This document shows positions 38,116-52,093 of a DNA stretch of 64,000 nt, in pieces; position 1 is the first letter of the stretch; every line of letters starts with the position of its first letter. The stretch spans positions 969,424 through 1,033,423 of the forward strand of contig NW_005434664.1 in the NCBI RefSeq assembly GCF_000315625.1, in the 5' to 3' direction. The DNA is from Guillardia theta CCMP2712. Its lineage: Eukaryota; Protista; Cryptophyta. Position numbers and translations under genes: made by a program. The notes below the pieces were generated by a model that saw only the letters and a program-made list of their open reading frames with translations, had not been told where the DNA came from and did no database searches.

Positions 38116-40818
38116 GCCTCAGGCTTGGCAAGTTCACTCTGCAAGTGAACGTGACATCCGATGGTGATTGGCAGGCATATAAGGGGGTAGTCCGGGGGGG
38201 TAGGCAATTCCTTCTAGAACGATCGCAAGCACCGGTAGTGGTCATGTAGGATGAGTCGACGATGAAGCAAGGCAGAGGAGATGTGTATTTCATCTTAAGA
38301 TCTCTCTGAAGAAATCATCTGCCCATGGATGATCTCGATCTCAGTCAAATCTGTTCTGCACTCCCACCCCTCATAGTCCGTCATTGGGCCGCATCTAGAT
38401 CTACAGGGGTGGAATGCAAGAAAGAGGAAATCACCCCTTTCGAAGACCTACAATACATGGGTAGGGTACAAAGGGCTCTTGAAAGTTCAAAAGTACCACC
38501 CCTATTTCCATATGTTTCAGTAGGTAGGGTGGAGATGGATCCGAAGGCGTCCAAAGGGTCGGTTTAGACATACCCAGTACCCCCTCATTAACCTTGTTTT
38601 CTGTGGGTACATCTCAAAACCCGGAGTCAAATGCTTGCCAACCTTCCCATAGGGGTTATCCGACTCCCTTCCCACCAGGAGGTCACACCCCCCTTTTGCT
38701 ATGTAGAACGAGGGGTACTCAGGGCTTGAAAGGGAATCCTTAGATCATCCGCTGTCCTTGCTACGCCCTATGGGCTCTGTAAAAGAAATTTATAAAATAT
38801 GCACATATATTTACTTTTACTGTTTCAAAAACTCTAATAAGTTTGTAAGTGAGGAGCCTTAAAACTTCAATCATTGCGATCTTAATATCACAGATTCCAA
38901 TCGACCAATAAAATACGCCTACCCAAATATTCTTGGAACTACCAAAAACATGGAAAATATCTTAATAATTTGAAATTAAATAACTAAATGTTGAGAAACT
39001 TCCTTGAAAATAGTTCCCTCACGTGCTTACAACAGCCGAATCTAACGACTATGGACTCATATGGTACTAAATAAAACAGTTATTGAATTGGATTAGAACG
39101 ATTCGATCTTAGAAATAGATTGTTTGGAATGTTAAAAGTAATTAGCAGGTCTTTTACTAACATGTATAATGAAACTAGTCAAGCAAAAAGATTCAAACGT
39201 TGTGTTCTTGCAATGATCTGTCTACTAAACTTTTATGTGACTGGAATATTATTGGTACGATTGCGAGTGTACCAGCCGTGGTAGAAAGAGTTCCTGCCAC
39301 CCACGAAATCAGTTGGTTTTATTTTAATTGTAAAGACTTTCCTACCATGGCTTGTTACCATTGGTACAGATCTTTTTGTACAGTTTTTCTTTGATTTTGT
39401 CTGTGATGTTTGTTGTACCGATAAGGGCTACTGGTACTCACAACTGGTACAGATCCATCTTAGCTATGTGTCACAATGAGGTACAGACAGCTCACAACTG
39501 AAAAAAATGTTGTACCGAGGGTCCATGATTTTTTTTATTTGTACCAAACTCTGGCCAACAAAATATTTGTACAAGTCTACAAATGTTTTTAAAGGGTCCT
39601 CAACAGTACATGATATACTTTTAGAGTTTTACACGAGTGGACCTGAATTCGAATAATGGATCACATTCCATTCTTTCCTGGCAGGTCTTATGGTATGACC
39701 GGTAGTGATGAAAAAATTCTAATGTACTCTCTCTCAGAGATACCCCATGTACCATACTTATATTACAAACCGGTCCTGGAAATTAGTACGTATCATTATG
39801 CCATATACCTCCAGGGCAACGGTTGTAGTGCACCCTACCTCAAAACGGTAATTTTTAGATACGCCAACTTAATTGTTGCTACCCACTTTTCTTTCTCTAC
39901 CCCCACCCCCAACATGCCTGCAATTGCTACTGTCTAACCATATACCACCACTTCCTCATTCATCCCCCCTGCCCATCTCTCCTTGCTCCCTCCTACATCT
40001 CTCCTTCCCCCCATCTCTTTGCGTCCGATCTGAGCTCTGTTTCTCTTCTCATTCGTTCAATCTTGCTCACGGTTGGATTTCCCGATTCTCTCATTCCCCA
40101 GCCTTTACCCCATCCCCTGCCATCTCCCCTCTCGGTCAGGTTTTTAAATATCCTCGCCGTTGCCCCCTGCTCCTTTATTTTTTAATTGATAGACACGCGT
40201 GTCCCTCATTGAGACATTATTGTTTCATTCTCTTGAAACTGGACCCTTTTTTCTGTCTCACTGGTGTTATTTCGAAATTTGTTGAATAACACTCTGGCCT
40301 TTGTTAGCCCAATAGGACAGTGGCTTTGGAACTCTTCTAGACCAAGAAGTAACACTTGTCCAACAAGATATTCTTTCATTGCAGACCTGCAATATTCTTA
40401 CAGTTTAAAAATCAAAACACAAACAAAATAACAATATAACATCAAAAAATCAACAAATATAAATCAACAACAATACTCTTTGGACTGTTCTCAAGTGCTA
40501 CACGAATCAAACCGTTCAAGCAAGAATCAAAGTTCCTCGTAATCAGCAAAAACTTAATCCTTCCCTCCTTCTCTCCTACCTTTCAGATCGTTGGGACTAT
40601 CCAAGAACTACAAGGTACGTTTAGCAGAATTTGAATGCTTGTTACAGTGCCTAATTTGTTTATGCAGGATTTATTGAACGAAGCATTGGAAAGGCTTTTC
40701 CTTGGAAACTTGAACCCAACTGAATTTGCTATCCTATGAAAAGGTGCGAAGTGCTATTTCAGGGGCATTGATCAGAAATCAAACCTGTGGAACTTCTTTG
40801 GAAGTTTCAGTTTCCAGC

Positions 40819-41172
40819 ATGGCACCCAGAAATGCCCTCTCTTTTGAGGTCCTCGACGATGTAGACTTTGGAGTTCCTGTACGTAAGGTTGCAGGCAGCA
40901 CAGGTTCTGACCTGCAACGCAACATGGCCAAGCTTTGCTTTCGTCAGTGTGAATCGAAAGCCAACCGCAAGCGCTGGAATTCAGACAAAGTTTCGAGTGT
41001 TCAGGGACCGAAGACTCAGGATGCAGAAGCTGTTGCTTCCTTGCTGTCTAAGTCGCAACCCTCCATCTCGAAGATCGTCAGCAGGTCTACAGTGGCTCAG
41101 TCTCAATCTCAACCAGAGTCGGCACGTGCTGCTTCTTCAGTTCGAAGGTTCAAAAGATTGTCTCAGATTTGA
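40819..41172 (+). CDS. Small intronless Ser-rich basic hypothetical protein
   Basis: ORF MAPRNALSFEVLDD...KRLSQI* is more GC-rich than its AT-rich flanks and is followed by aataaa signals. Confidence 0.55.
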   Translation: MAPRNALSFEVLDDVDFGVPVRKVAGSTGSDLQRNMAKLCFRQCESKANRKRWNSDKVSSVQGPKTQDAEAVASLLSKSQPSISKIVSRSTVAQSQSQPESARAASSVRRFKRLSQI

Positions 41173-42627
41173 GTGCTGTGAAGTGTGAAGAGAGTATTGT
41201 TTGGGCAACTTTGCGTGCGATGAACATGTTTGCCGTCGAAAGATATGCATGTTCAGGAGAACCTCAACCTAGGATCGAATAAAATGAATATTTGAAACAG
41301 TAATAAAAAGCAATGTAAAATGTAACTGATGAAGTCTAAAGCTAAAGCGCCTTAGAGAAAGATTGCTCAACCTGGAATCAAGTCTCAAAATCGCTCAGAT
41401 TCTTTCGTGTCGATTGCAGTCGATACGCGAACACGTGCAAATGTTGTATTCATAACACACTAGTCCTGTGAGCAGGACATCATTCTACATGTTACAGAGT
41501 GACGCTGAAAATCCGAGTTGGTCGAACCCCCTTCTATCCCACCCCATACAAGCTAACGGAAGATTTATAATGAGGGGTGGGTAGTACCTAGGGTACAATA
41601 CCGATATGCTGTTTCTTCAGAGAAATTGTGGGTTGGGGTACTCTGTCATTTTTTCCCAGGGGTGGGTCCAAATGAGACTATTGGGGTGGGTGTACACGTC
41701 TAGATAGGTTTTCATTTTTATGAAAATTTGGTCAAGTAGGCAGGAACAAAACAAGAGTCAGATTCAATATATCTTTTAATTTCAAAATCAGACTCATTAT
41801 TTGGTGTTTTTGTTGAACTAAGTGCAAATAAAGATGGCTGTCGATAAAATGCACTGTCGCATTCCGATGAGGACGGTCTCAAGAAACCCAATGATGCTCT
41901 TCTCCTCCTCCTCCTCCTCCTCCTCCTCCTCCTCCTCCTCCTCCTGCTACTCCTCCTCCTCCTCCTCCTCCTCCTGCTACTGCTACTCCTCCTCCTCCTC
42001 TTCCTCTCTGTCCCCTTCCTTACCTTCGCTCATCTTTTATGCATGCAACTGATTGCCTGATTGGCCATCGAAGTCTGAATACATCGGATCCCAAGCAACT
42101 TGTCGAAATTCTTGAGTGGTAGAACTCAACCGTGTTCGTCCAAACATTATCGAATTATCAAAAATGAAGATTCTTTGTTAGGATATCTAAAGTTTCCTTT
42201 CAGCATTACCAACTAAGGAAAGTTCAAAGCCTGGTCGACAAACAAGCAAGCAACCATGGATTGTGCGAAGCACACGGAAGTTGCTCAAATCCAAGAGGTG
42301 ATGATCCTGCTCTCTGTCAGCTAGTGCATGCTGTGATGAATTTATCAGTATAGAGCTAGCAATCTCGAGCATTGCTCTGACCAAGGCTCTCCGAAGCGGT
42401 ACAAATAGTTGTCTGTTCATACCAGTGACGTGCTACGTGGACATTATAGGCTGATTGCCGGAAGGTATCCATCTCCTTCAAACTGGTCCCAGGTAATAGT
42501 CTGTGAGTTAGATCCATGAGATTTAGATGATCTCAGTCCCCCATCAAACCTCCAAGTGATCTCATGCGCACTTGTTACCAAGATCGGGTCTGCGATGAGG
42601 TGAGTGGAGGGCGTTGGAAAGAGCGAC

Positions 42628-45600
42628 ATGTTGATTGATGTGAAGGAGGAAGTCCAGCAAACGAGCAAGGAACATATGGTCCAGGACGATGCTCTAGACG
42701 AGGAGGATGAAGTTGGCGTGAATCCTGTGGAGGATGAGCGACATGTGAAGTTCGAGTCGACGGAGCTCAACAGCGAGCAGAAGGAAGCAGCCTTGCATGC
42801 CGTCGACATCCCGCTCCTTATCCTTGCTGGTTGCGATAGGATAAAAATACTCTGACGATGACACGTTTACGTTGTTCTCGCAGGTGCAGGAAGTGGTAAG
42901 ACGAAGACGCTTGTTTGCCGCATCAAGAATCTCGTCTTTCGAGTAAGAGCTAACTTCCACTCTCGGGCGCCGACTCTTCTCTGCTCTGTTCCTCTCCGCT
43001 CGGCTTCACACTCCCTCCGCCCCCCCCCCCCCTTTCCCTTTGCGCGCTCTATTCTATTTCGTTTACCAGAAATGTCAGCTTGACATTTTGTAGGGCTTGG
43101 CTGTGGAAAACATCTTGATCCTCACGTTCAGGTATCCATCAATCTGCAGAGAGCTGATGTATATCATGATCATACTATTCAGCACCGCAGCTGCCAAGGA
43201 GTTGAAACAAAGGTTGACGAGATGCATTCAAGGTACAAGCAAAACATCTACGCTCATCCCTTGCTCCCTGTCTGACTGAAGGCGTGAAAGGAAAACACGC
43301 GTGGTCGATCTTCACGTTCCACGCATTTGCTCTCCAGGTATCGAATGATCGCCAGGTGGGATGAAGTTTCTTGACCGCGCCGCTCTGGTCTGCCTTGCAG
43401 ATCTGCAGAAAGTATGCCAAGGAAATCGGGTTGCCACCGGACTTTGTTGTGTTCACAGGTAACGCTAGATCATGGGAGGGGAAGAGAAGCTCAGTGTTAC
43501 GGCAGGGGGGAGGCAAAAGAAGATCATCACTCAGGGAATTCTGGAATACAGGTTGTTGGATATTCATGGAGATGTTAGAGACGAAGATGGTGATTATGCG
43601 ATTTGGAATGATGATGAAGATGCAAATAAAGATGAAAATGATGATGTTAGCAGCGACAACAATGTCGTGATGGCAATTACGATCTTAACGATGACGGTGA
43701 CGATGGTGACTTCAGCAAGATGAAGCAAGGATGCGCAAACAAAGAGAACAAACAAGCACAATCATCATCAGACCATACAGAAGACTCGCACAAGTGGATC
43801 GACATGCCGAAGCCAGACAAGCATCGAGTCAAACGGTTGGGTCAATCTCTTTCCCTAGCTCAGGTTTGCAACACACTTGTTGACTGTTCGAATGATGGCG
43901 ATTCGAAGGCGCATGGAACGGAAGCTGCGACGTTGGACGATGAGATGCGATTCTTGTTGGAGTTTTACGAAAAGACTCTTGCGGAAGTATGAGTTTTGAT
44001 GATGCGATGAAAGGTTTCTGTTCATGCTTGAGTCAGTGCAAGTCACTGGATTTCTCTTCGCTGATCTCCCGAGCAAACAAACTTCTGCGGGAGGTAATGA
44101 ACTCCAATGTGATCTTCTACGGTTGAAGAAGGGTCAGAATGAAGAGGCAAAGAACTACTTTCATGACATGTACAAGGCAGTTCTTGTCGATGAGTTCCAG
44201 GTGACTGTGAACAAGCCCTGATGTTGACATCAACTGATCTCATGTGAAGGACACAAGTAGATCACAGTTTGAACTTGTGAAACAACTCGTAACAGGAGGG
44301 AAGGTAAGAGAGAAGAGCAGTTTTCTTGCTCTCCGTCGTGTTGTTCGAATGACATTCACAACGCAGATTACCGCTGTTGGGGATGATGATCAAGTGAGTT
44401 GAACAAGGATCGAACGTTTCCTGGAAATGATGCTGATGCGATTCAACAGACAATCTATGTTTTCAATGGCTCCAATCACGCGAACTTTGACTTGTTCAGA
44501 GGGTATGACCACACAATCCTGCTCTTTTTGCCACTTACCTGTGATCCAGATCATTTCCCAACTACAAAGAAGTGAAATTGACGGTGATAGAGCTGCTTGC
44601 AGAAATGACAACTCACATTACCTTTCTGTTGCAAGACAAACTATCGATCGTCCAAGTGCATTGTCGACGCTGCCCGATCAGGAAAATCTGGCGAGGAGCG
44701 GCAATGAATTGAAAATTTGATGTTTGCAGTGATACAACACAACCAAAACCGGTGCGACAAGTCGGCGGAGGCCATGAAGGAATCAGGGGAGCTGATCAGA
44801 GTGAACATCTCGGCCTTGAACTTGCTGTAGACATTGATGTTCTGGGAGGTGACGGAATGCCGGAACGAGAAGAGTGAGATCAGCTTTGTGGTGCAACAGA
44901 TCGTGAAGGGACTTGAAGAGGGGACCCGATGTGAGATTGAGAGGATGACATGTACAGTTGTTATGATCGTGATTGCAGACAAGGAAGTTGCGATTCTTTA
45001 TCGCACGCAGAAGACTGGAAGGGTGTTTCAGCAGGAACTGATGTGCGTCTGTGGAACAATGATGAGATCATGAGTTGTGATCGCGCGTTTCTTCTGATTC
45101 CTCCAGCCACATGGATTGTGTTGTCTGTCGGATGTTTCATCATGGCTGTGATTGTGATTGCGCTGTGACGTGACAGAAAACGAGACATCCCTTTCAACGT
45201 GCACGGAGTTTCCTTCTGGAGAAGAAAAGTCGTCAGTCAGTTGCTTGCTGAGCATTCACAAAGTTTCAGGTGATCAAAGTTGTTATGTCTGTGCTGCGGA
45301 TCGTAGCAAACAATGGAGACGATCAGGTAAAAGATGCTTCTTCTTGCCTCTTCCTCATTCCATGACATGGGGCCGTCAGGCATGCCGGCGTCTCATCAAG
45401 GGGTTCCTGTACCAAGACAAGGAGGCGACAGGAGCGATTCTGAACCATCTCGAAAAGTTTGCTGCGTCCAGGTGGCGGCTGCTGATTGCGGCAGTAGTCT
45501 TGCAAGACTGAAGAATATCAGATGCATCAGCCTGTGGCAGTCTGCGCAGCAAGTGCTGAGGGCCAAGTTCAGCGGGAGTCTGTCCAAGAAACTTGTGGTT

Positions 45601-45924
45601 GACACGAAATTTCTACTTGAATTGATCTGATCTGATCTGCTGATATCCTCTCCTCTCCTCTCCTCTCCTCTCCTCTCCTCTCCTCTCCTCTCCTCTCCTC
45701 TCCTCTCCTCTCCTCTCCTCTCCTCTCCTCTCCTCTCCTCTCCTCTCCTCTCCTCTCCTCTCCTCTCCTCTCCTCTCCTCTCCTCTCCTCTCCTCTCCTT
45801 TTTCCTTCCCTTCTTCCCTTGCACAAATTCGTGCAGATCTTGGGCAGAAAGATGTTGTCAACAGTAGAAAATTTCATCAGACTCGCCAGAGAGAGCACAA
45901 CTCTCTCAACTTTCGTTGAGACGG

Positions 45925-45962
<38 letters not shown>

Positions 45963-48519
45963 GTGGTGGCGGTGGTGGTGGTGGTGGTGGTGTCAAACTT
46001 TTGAAGATCTTGCAGATCATTCCAAGTCTTCCTCAGAGCAACAAGTACGACTTGAGCGTCAATCAAGAAGAAGGTAGTTGGTTCGCTTTGTGGAGATAAT
46101 GTGCAAAAATTGAGGATGAAAAGGAGGAGGAAGCCGACGATGGTGATGAAAATTGAGATCAGAAGAAGAGGAGAGGCATGGGCAAGAGGAGCAGGAGGAG
46201 CAGGATGTGAGTGGGTAGTGATGTTGTTTGTGCTCAGCAGGAGCTCAGCTGCTGAACGAGAAGAAGGACAACAGGAGCGTGAGGGAGGTGTTGCTGGGCT
46301 TCATCAAAGAGTTCGAGAAGAAGGTGCTCCCTTCATCTTTGCTTCCTGCTCCTGATGTTTCCAGTTGATGGTGGATGGAGTTGCCGCTGAGTGGATGTGC
46401 CAATGGCACGAGGGAGGACGAACGAGCGCCGGAGGAGGAGAAGTCTTGTCGCCATGCCAGAGAGCGATCGCTGTCTTCCTCGACCATCAGCTCGTTGAAG
46501 AGTCTGAACGTAACATGTCGCATGTGTGTCACTTGGAACCTCTCACCCTCGGGTAGATCATGCAAAGTTCAAGTTCGACAACGAGGACGCAGTCACGTTG
46601 TCGACGATCCACCAGAGTGAGAGGCCATGGGAGTGATGTCTGTTGATCGTCTGTGTCCCCCCTCTTCCTTCCTCCTCATCTTGCCTTGCCTTGCCTTGCC
46701 TTGCCTTGCCTTGCCTTGCCTTGCCTTGCCTTGCCTTGCCTTGCCTTGCCTTGTCTTGCCTTGTCTTGCCTTGTCTTGTCTTGTCTTGTCTTGTCTTGTC
46801 TTGTCTTGCCTTGTCTTGTCTTGCCTTGCCTTGCCTTGCCATGCCATGCCTTGCCTTGATAGTTTGCAAGGCAAAGGATTGGAATGGGATGTTGTACATC
46901 TCGTCCGGTTCAATGCAGGAGAGATTCCTCTTGCAAACAACATCAACACAGTGAGACTTGCTGCTCCTTCCTCCTCCCCTCTCTCCCTTGCGCTTCTCCT
47001 CCTCCTCCTCTTCCCTCTCCCCCTTCTCTGCTTCCTCCTCTTCCTCTCTCCCTTGCGCTTCTCCTCCTCCTCCTCCCCTCTCTCCCTTGCGCTTCTCCTC
47101 CTCTTCCTCTCTCCCCTCTCTCCCTTGCCCTCCTCCTCTTCCTCCTCTTCCCTCTCCCCCTTCTCTGCTTCCTCCTCTTCCTCATCCTTACACTCTCCTG
47201 CTCCTCCTAACCGCTCCTGACGCTCCATCCTAAGGTGCTGAGGGAAGATGAGCTCGAGGATGAGCGGAGGCTGTGCTACGTTGCGATGACGAGAGCTCGT
47301 CGGCTCCTGCACATGAGCTTCATCATGACATCGCACAATCATGTCGGACATGCCGCTCTCTCCATGTGTTGTTGACTTGACTGATAGATGCTCGAACCCT
47401 CTCCCTTCCTGTCGGAGATCCCGTCGCACCTCTTGCAACGATCGAGCTTCATGGAGTCCGGCCGAAGTGCTGAGGGGCGGGAGGGAGAGCAGGAGCAGGA
47501 GCAGGAGCAGGAGGGAGAAGAAGCAATACAGAGCGACTCATTCTTCTCTTGCGGATTCTTGCAGCGATTTGAGATGCAGGAGAGGAGAACGGTGAAGATT
47601 TTGACAACGACTCTGCCTCCACCTGAGTTGAACAAAACTTTACAGGTTGCGGCCATCTTTCATCGATGGGCTAGGACTGAGATGTACAAAGAGCCGAACA
47701 AACTTGTTTTCAAGGCGATCATGGTTGTACTGCTTGCATGCAATGACGATGTACATCATTGTGCAGATCAAGTGCATCGTGCAAGACAAACTTGCTGCCA
47801 AGGACTGCAAGACGAAGAGTGTATATTCAAAACTTCTCGCCATGCTGAGAGCTCCGGAGGAGGCGACGGTTGAGAATTTCTGCGCTTCTGCAATCAACTA
47901 TGCGAAAGAGGTTGGAAACATCTTACGTTATGATGATGATCATGATTACGATGACGATGAAAATGATGGCGCAGGTGGTGAAATTTGAACAAGCTCCTCT
48001 TACAGTGCGTGAGGAGCACAAAGCAAAGCGAGCAAGGTAATAGGAGAGGCAGCGAGAGGGTGAGGGTGAGGGTGAGAGGAGGAGCAGGAGGAGGAAGAGG
48101 AGGAAGAGGCAGGAGGAGGAAGAAGAGGCAGGAAGAGGAGGAAGAGGCAGGGAGGCAGGGATCTGAATTTGATCTCGTCAGACACTTCTCGGAACAATAC
48201 GGCAGGTCCGGGATGGAACATAAAGAGCCGACAGCGAAACAGGTCAACACATCTCCAGGATGTTATGTTCTAATCTCTTCCATCATGACAGCTTGCTTTC
48301 TTAAAGTCACTTGGATGTGCCGTCGTGCCAAAGAACATGCTAGAGGTTGATAACCTTCCTTTCTCTGCCACTACTCCGCTCCTCTTTTTTCAATCTTCTC
48401 CTTCCTCCTCCTCCTCCTCCTCCTACTCCTCCTCCTCCTCCTATCATTTCCTCCACACTTCATTTTGCTCATATTCGTGTCAGGCGAGTTTACTGATTGA
48501 GAGGTACAAGTCATACTGA
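42628..48519 (+). CDS. SRS2: UvrD/REP-family ATP-dependent DNA helicase, SRS2-like
   Basis: Motifs LNSEQKEAA, LILAGAGSGKT, IFTFHAFA, VLVDEFQDT, AVGDDDQ, AILYRT, TLSTIHQSKGLEWD, DERRLCYVAMTRAR and PSPFLSEIP. The C-terminal FLQRFEMQERR...IFHRWA...EPNKL block recalls plant SRS2. May extend 5'. Confidence 0.88.
45646..45798. repeat. (TCCTC)n pentamer intronic repeat
   Basis: Directly visible. Confidence 0.97.
46680..46857. repeat. (TTGCC)n/(TTGTC)n compound pentamer intronic repeat
   Basis: Directly visible. Confidence 0.97.
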
Positions 48520-48597
48520 TTGGGGAAACGATGGCGATTGATTGAAACTAACTTCTTCTCTAAAAACCTTCTTGTGTCTCAACCCACATGTCTGCAT

Positions 48598-48634
<37 letters not shown>

Positions 48635-48670
48635 AGTTCTCGTTCTCGTTCTTGTTCTTGTTCGTCATAT

Positions 48671-51398
48671 TCAAATCTCTCCCAATGGTGGAACATCCTG
48701 GGGAATCTTCTCATTGGCTAGTCGAGCAAAACGATTGAGAAGAAGCTTCAGGTCAGCCCATCTGAACATCATCGTCAATCAACAAATAAAGCTGCAAGCT
48801 TGCTGACCCCCCCACCCCTCCTTCTCCTTCCTCCTCCTCCTTCTCCTCCTCCTCCTCCTGCTTCCCCAACCCCCTCCTTCTTCTAGCACCCTCTCCCCGT
48901 CTTCCCCTCCTCCTTTACCCTCCTCCCCCTCCTCCTCCTCCTCCTCCTCCTCGTCTGCTGCTTCCTCCTCCTCCTCCTCCTCCTCCTCGTCCTCCTCCTC
49001 CTCCTCCTCCTCCTCCTCCTCCGTCTCGTCGCTTCTCTTCCTGTTCTCGTAACTTACAGCTGCAGAGCTCCAGCCTTGTCCTTGTAGATGGCGGCAGCCT
49101 TGAGCTTCAGGACCTTTTCCTTTGTCTCCTTGAAGATGCCCTGCAATGCGCGTGAGGGAAGGTGAGGAGCAGCAGGAGTGAGAGAGGAGAAGAGGGAGAG
49201 GAGGAGCGGGGAGTTGAGGAGGAAGCGAGGAAGGAGAGAAAACAGGGAGGGAAGGGGATGGAGAGCGTTGGGAGGGGAAGCAGAGGCAAGAGAGGGCGGT
49301 TGAGGACGAGCCAAGGAGCACCAAGAAACAAGAGAAGCAACTTCAAGTAGTAAGGGAAAGATTGAGGACTAGGGTCAGGAGGAAGCGAAGGAAGGAAGGA
49401 AATGGAGGAGGAAAAGGAGGAAGTGGAAGGAGAGAAACGATCTACCTCGAGCGCTTCGGCGTACTGCTTGTCTCCTTGCTGTGCTGCATCAGGTCCAATT
49501 GTAGAGACCCAGAAGTACTGCAACAGATAGAAAAGAAGTAGAGCGAGGAAGAGGACAAGGAGGAGGAGGAGGAGGAGGAGGGCGAGGAGGGCGAGGGGAG
49601 ATGAGCAGGAGAAAGAAGAAGAAAACAGAGCAGGTTAGTCGACTCAAACAGGCATGAAAGGGAAAAGAACAGGTGAAACGAGAACAGTTCGATCAGGGAG
49701 ATACGAGTTGAACGAAAGATCGAAAGGAACAAGAAAAAGAGGATGGTCAAAGGAGGCTAGGTAGAAAAGGAGGCGAGAGGAGGGGCACAGCGGGAGAAAG
49801 AAGGAAAGAGGAAGGAGGGGGGGTGGGGGGGGGGTTTCAGGAGTAGCAGGAGCAGGAGCTAGAGCAGGGTCACCAGAGGCTGGAAGATAAGCTGATCCAA
49901 AGGTCCTCCATCGTCACTAAGCTTCGTCACCTCGTCCCTGGAACGGAATCAGACAGGAGGAAGGAGGAAGGAGGAGGGGGGAGGAGGCAGGAGACAGGAG
50001 ACAGGAGGCAGGAGGCAGGAGGCAGGAGGCAGGAGGCAGGAGACAGGAGGCAGGAGGCAGGAGGCAGGAGGGGAGGAGGAAGGAGGGGAGTGCTTTAACC
50101 AGTCCTGGTTGTTGATGGCATCGAGAAGCTTCTTCTTGAAGAGGATGAGACCGTCGTCGTAGATGGACGCGAACTGAATGACCCAGCCCCCCCAGCATGT
50201 CAGCGATAGGAGAGCAGGAAAGCACGAGGTGGAGAGCACAATGAGAGTAGGAGAGAGAGCTGTTCCAAGAGAGGAAGAGGTACCAGGGGCCAAGAGGGCA
50301 GAGGAAAGAGGAAAGTGAAGAGCAGAGCGGAAGGGTTAAAGGGACAGGAGAGGGGAGGGAGGAAACAGGAGGAGGGAGGGAGTACAGGGGAGGAGGGAGA
50401 GAAAGAGGATAGACCTGATAGAAAGCAAGAATCCTGAGGCGAGGATAAGAAAGGAAGACAATGAGGAGGATGCTGGCAATTGTGAATCCGATCCCGATAC
50501 CAAGGGATTGCAGAAAGCCTCTGCAAGGAAAGATTCAGTGACCAAGGCACCTCCCCACATGATAGTGGATGATGATTCCCTGAACACGATTATGTTCATG
50601 TTCTTAACGTGATCGTTTTCCAACAATAATGATCAGATCATGATGGTATGTCAGAGATAAGCAGACATGTGAGCGTTGCAATTCGATCTAATCAGTGGAC
50701 GTACAACACAAACCCAAATACGGCGAGAATCAATACATCCACGACAAGAAGAAAGATGATAGTAACAGCCATTCACAAGAACCTTCTTGGTTTTATTTCC
50801 ATGTCCGTCTTCTGCCTCATCTCGTCAGTCATTCAGGACACCGAAACCGGTTGTACCTTGGGTATCGTGCCGAAAACATCAGTGATGGGCTTCTCCTGCC
50901 CAGCAACACACGAGCATCAGAAGGGTCAGCGATCGCACCTCATCGTCCTCACCTTCTGTACTGGAGACTGAGAGGCGGGAGGAGGACTCTTGACGTCAAC
51001 GTCAGTCTCAGCATGTAAGAAAGGTCAGGCATGCTACTTGAACGTCTTTCTTCATGAGGTTTTGCCTCTCTCCTATCAGGGAGTTCTGGGCGATCAAGAG
51101 TCAGCGCAGCCACTGCCACCTCCTCCACTAGTCATGTGTCGATTCTCCTCCTCACCTTCTCCTTCTCCAGCTGCTCCAACTTGGCCTTCAGCTTCGCTAC
51201 CTCGTCCTGATTCCCTCCCTCTGACATCAGAAGCAGGGAAACCTTCCTCCTCGGTCCAGTCAAGCTGCAGGAGCGCAGCAAGGGTCGGCAACGGGAGGAC
51301 GACAGCATGATTTCTCCACATCCTCCTCCTGCTCCTCCTACAAATCCTTGCGCTGTCGCCACCAGCCCGGCCATGATTGCGATCCTTACTGTCAGCAT
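48671..51398 (-). CDS. Plastid-targeted protein, probably PsbQ-like and thylakoid-associated
   Basis: Presequence MLTVRIAIMAGLVATAQG|F with an S/R-rich transit region; PRRGFLQSLGIGIGFTIA is twin-Arg-like. Helices KKKLLDAINNQDWDEVTKL and IFKETKEKVLKLKAAAIYKDKAGALQLWADLKLLLNRF resemble the PsbQ four-helix bundle. Confidence 0.65.
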
Positions 51399-51449
51399 TT
51401 TCGGCCTCGTATGCGACCACATCCCACCACTGACCCATGAGGCGCTCGC

Positions 51450-51830
51450 CGCTCCTGTCGCCGCTCCAGTCATCAGTCGCCGCTCCCTGCGCCCGGCCGC
51501 TCCAGAGTCGCAGCTCCAGTCCAGGTATATTACTCACCGGGTGAGCGGCGGCAGCAGCCGCTGGCCCGGCCATCAGACATCATGGTGGCGACCGTCCGTC
51601 CGAGCCCGGCCGGGCCCGGGGCGCCGCACCCGCTAACCGTGACCGTACCGTACGGTGAACTTCGGAACCCGGACCGCCGGGCCGTGAAGAGCCCGGCGCC
51701 GCCGACTGCCAACCATAGCCAGTGACCGGCCGCTGCCGCCCCCGGGGGCGGCGGCGCGCCCGGCGGCCCCGGGCCAGTCAACCCTCAGTTGATCATCGGA
51801 TCACGGCACAGCCGGCACGGTAGTGACTCA
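51450..51830. promoter_or_regulatory. GC-rich island upstream of the PsbQ-like gene
   Basis: Contains accgtaccgtacggt, gtgactca and ccggg; lies just 5' of the ATG at 51398. Confidence 0.55.
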
Positions 51831-52093
51831 TCAAGGGTCAGCTGAGCAAAGACCTCCACATGTGTGGGAATTGCTCATCGACATCGCCCTAACGAGTTGA
51901 CCCTGATCTGCACTCAGAAGCAGACTCTCGGAGGAACTGGAGGGAGAGGAGAGGAGAGGAGAGGAGAGGAGAGGAGAGGAGAGGAGCGGCTGTAGAGGGC
52001 TGGTATGGGCGACTTTCAGGGTAGTCACATCACCATCGGGGGGCCATAGATTGCATGTCGTATGATTAGACAGGTTCGATTTTCCCGAGATCT

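Noticed and set aside
45396-46954. GEERR and CLALP repeat proteins
   Set aside because: Translations of intronic pentamer repeats inside the SRS2-like gene.
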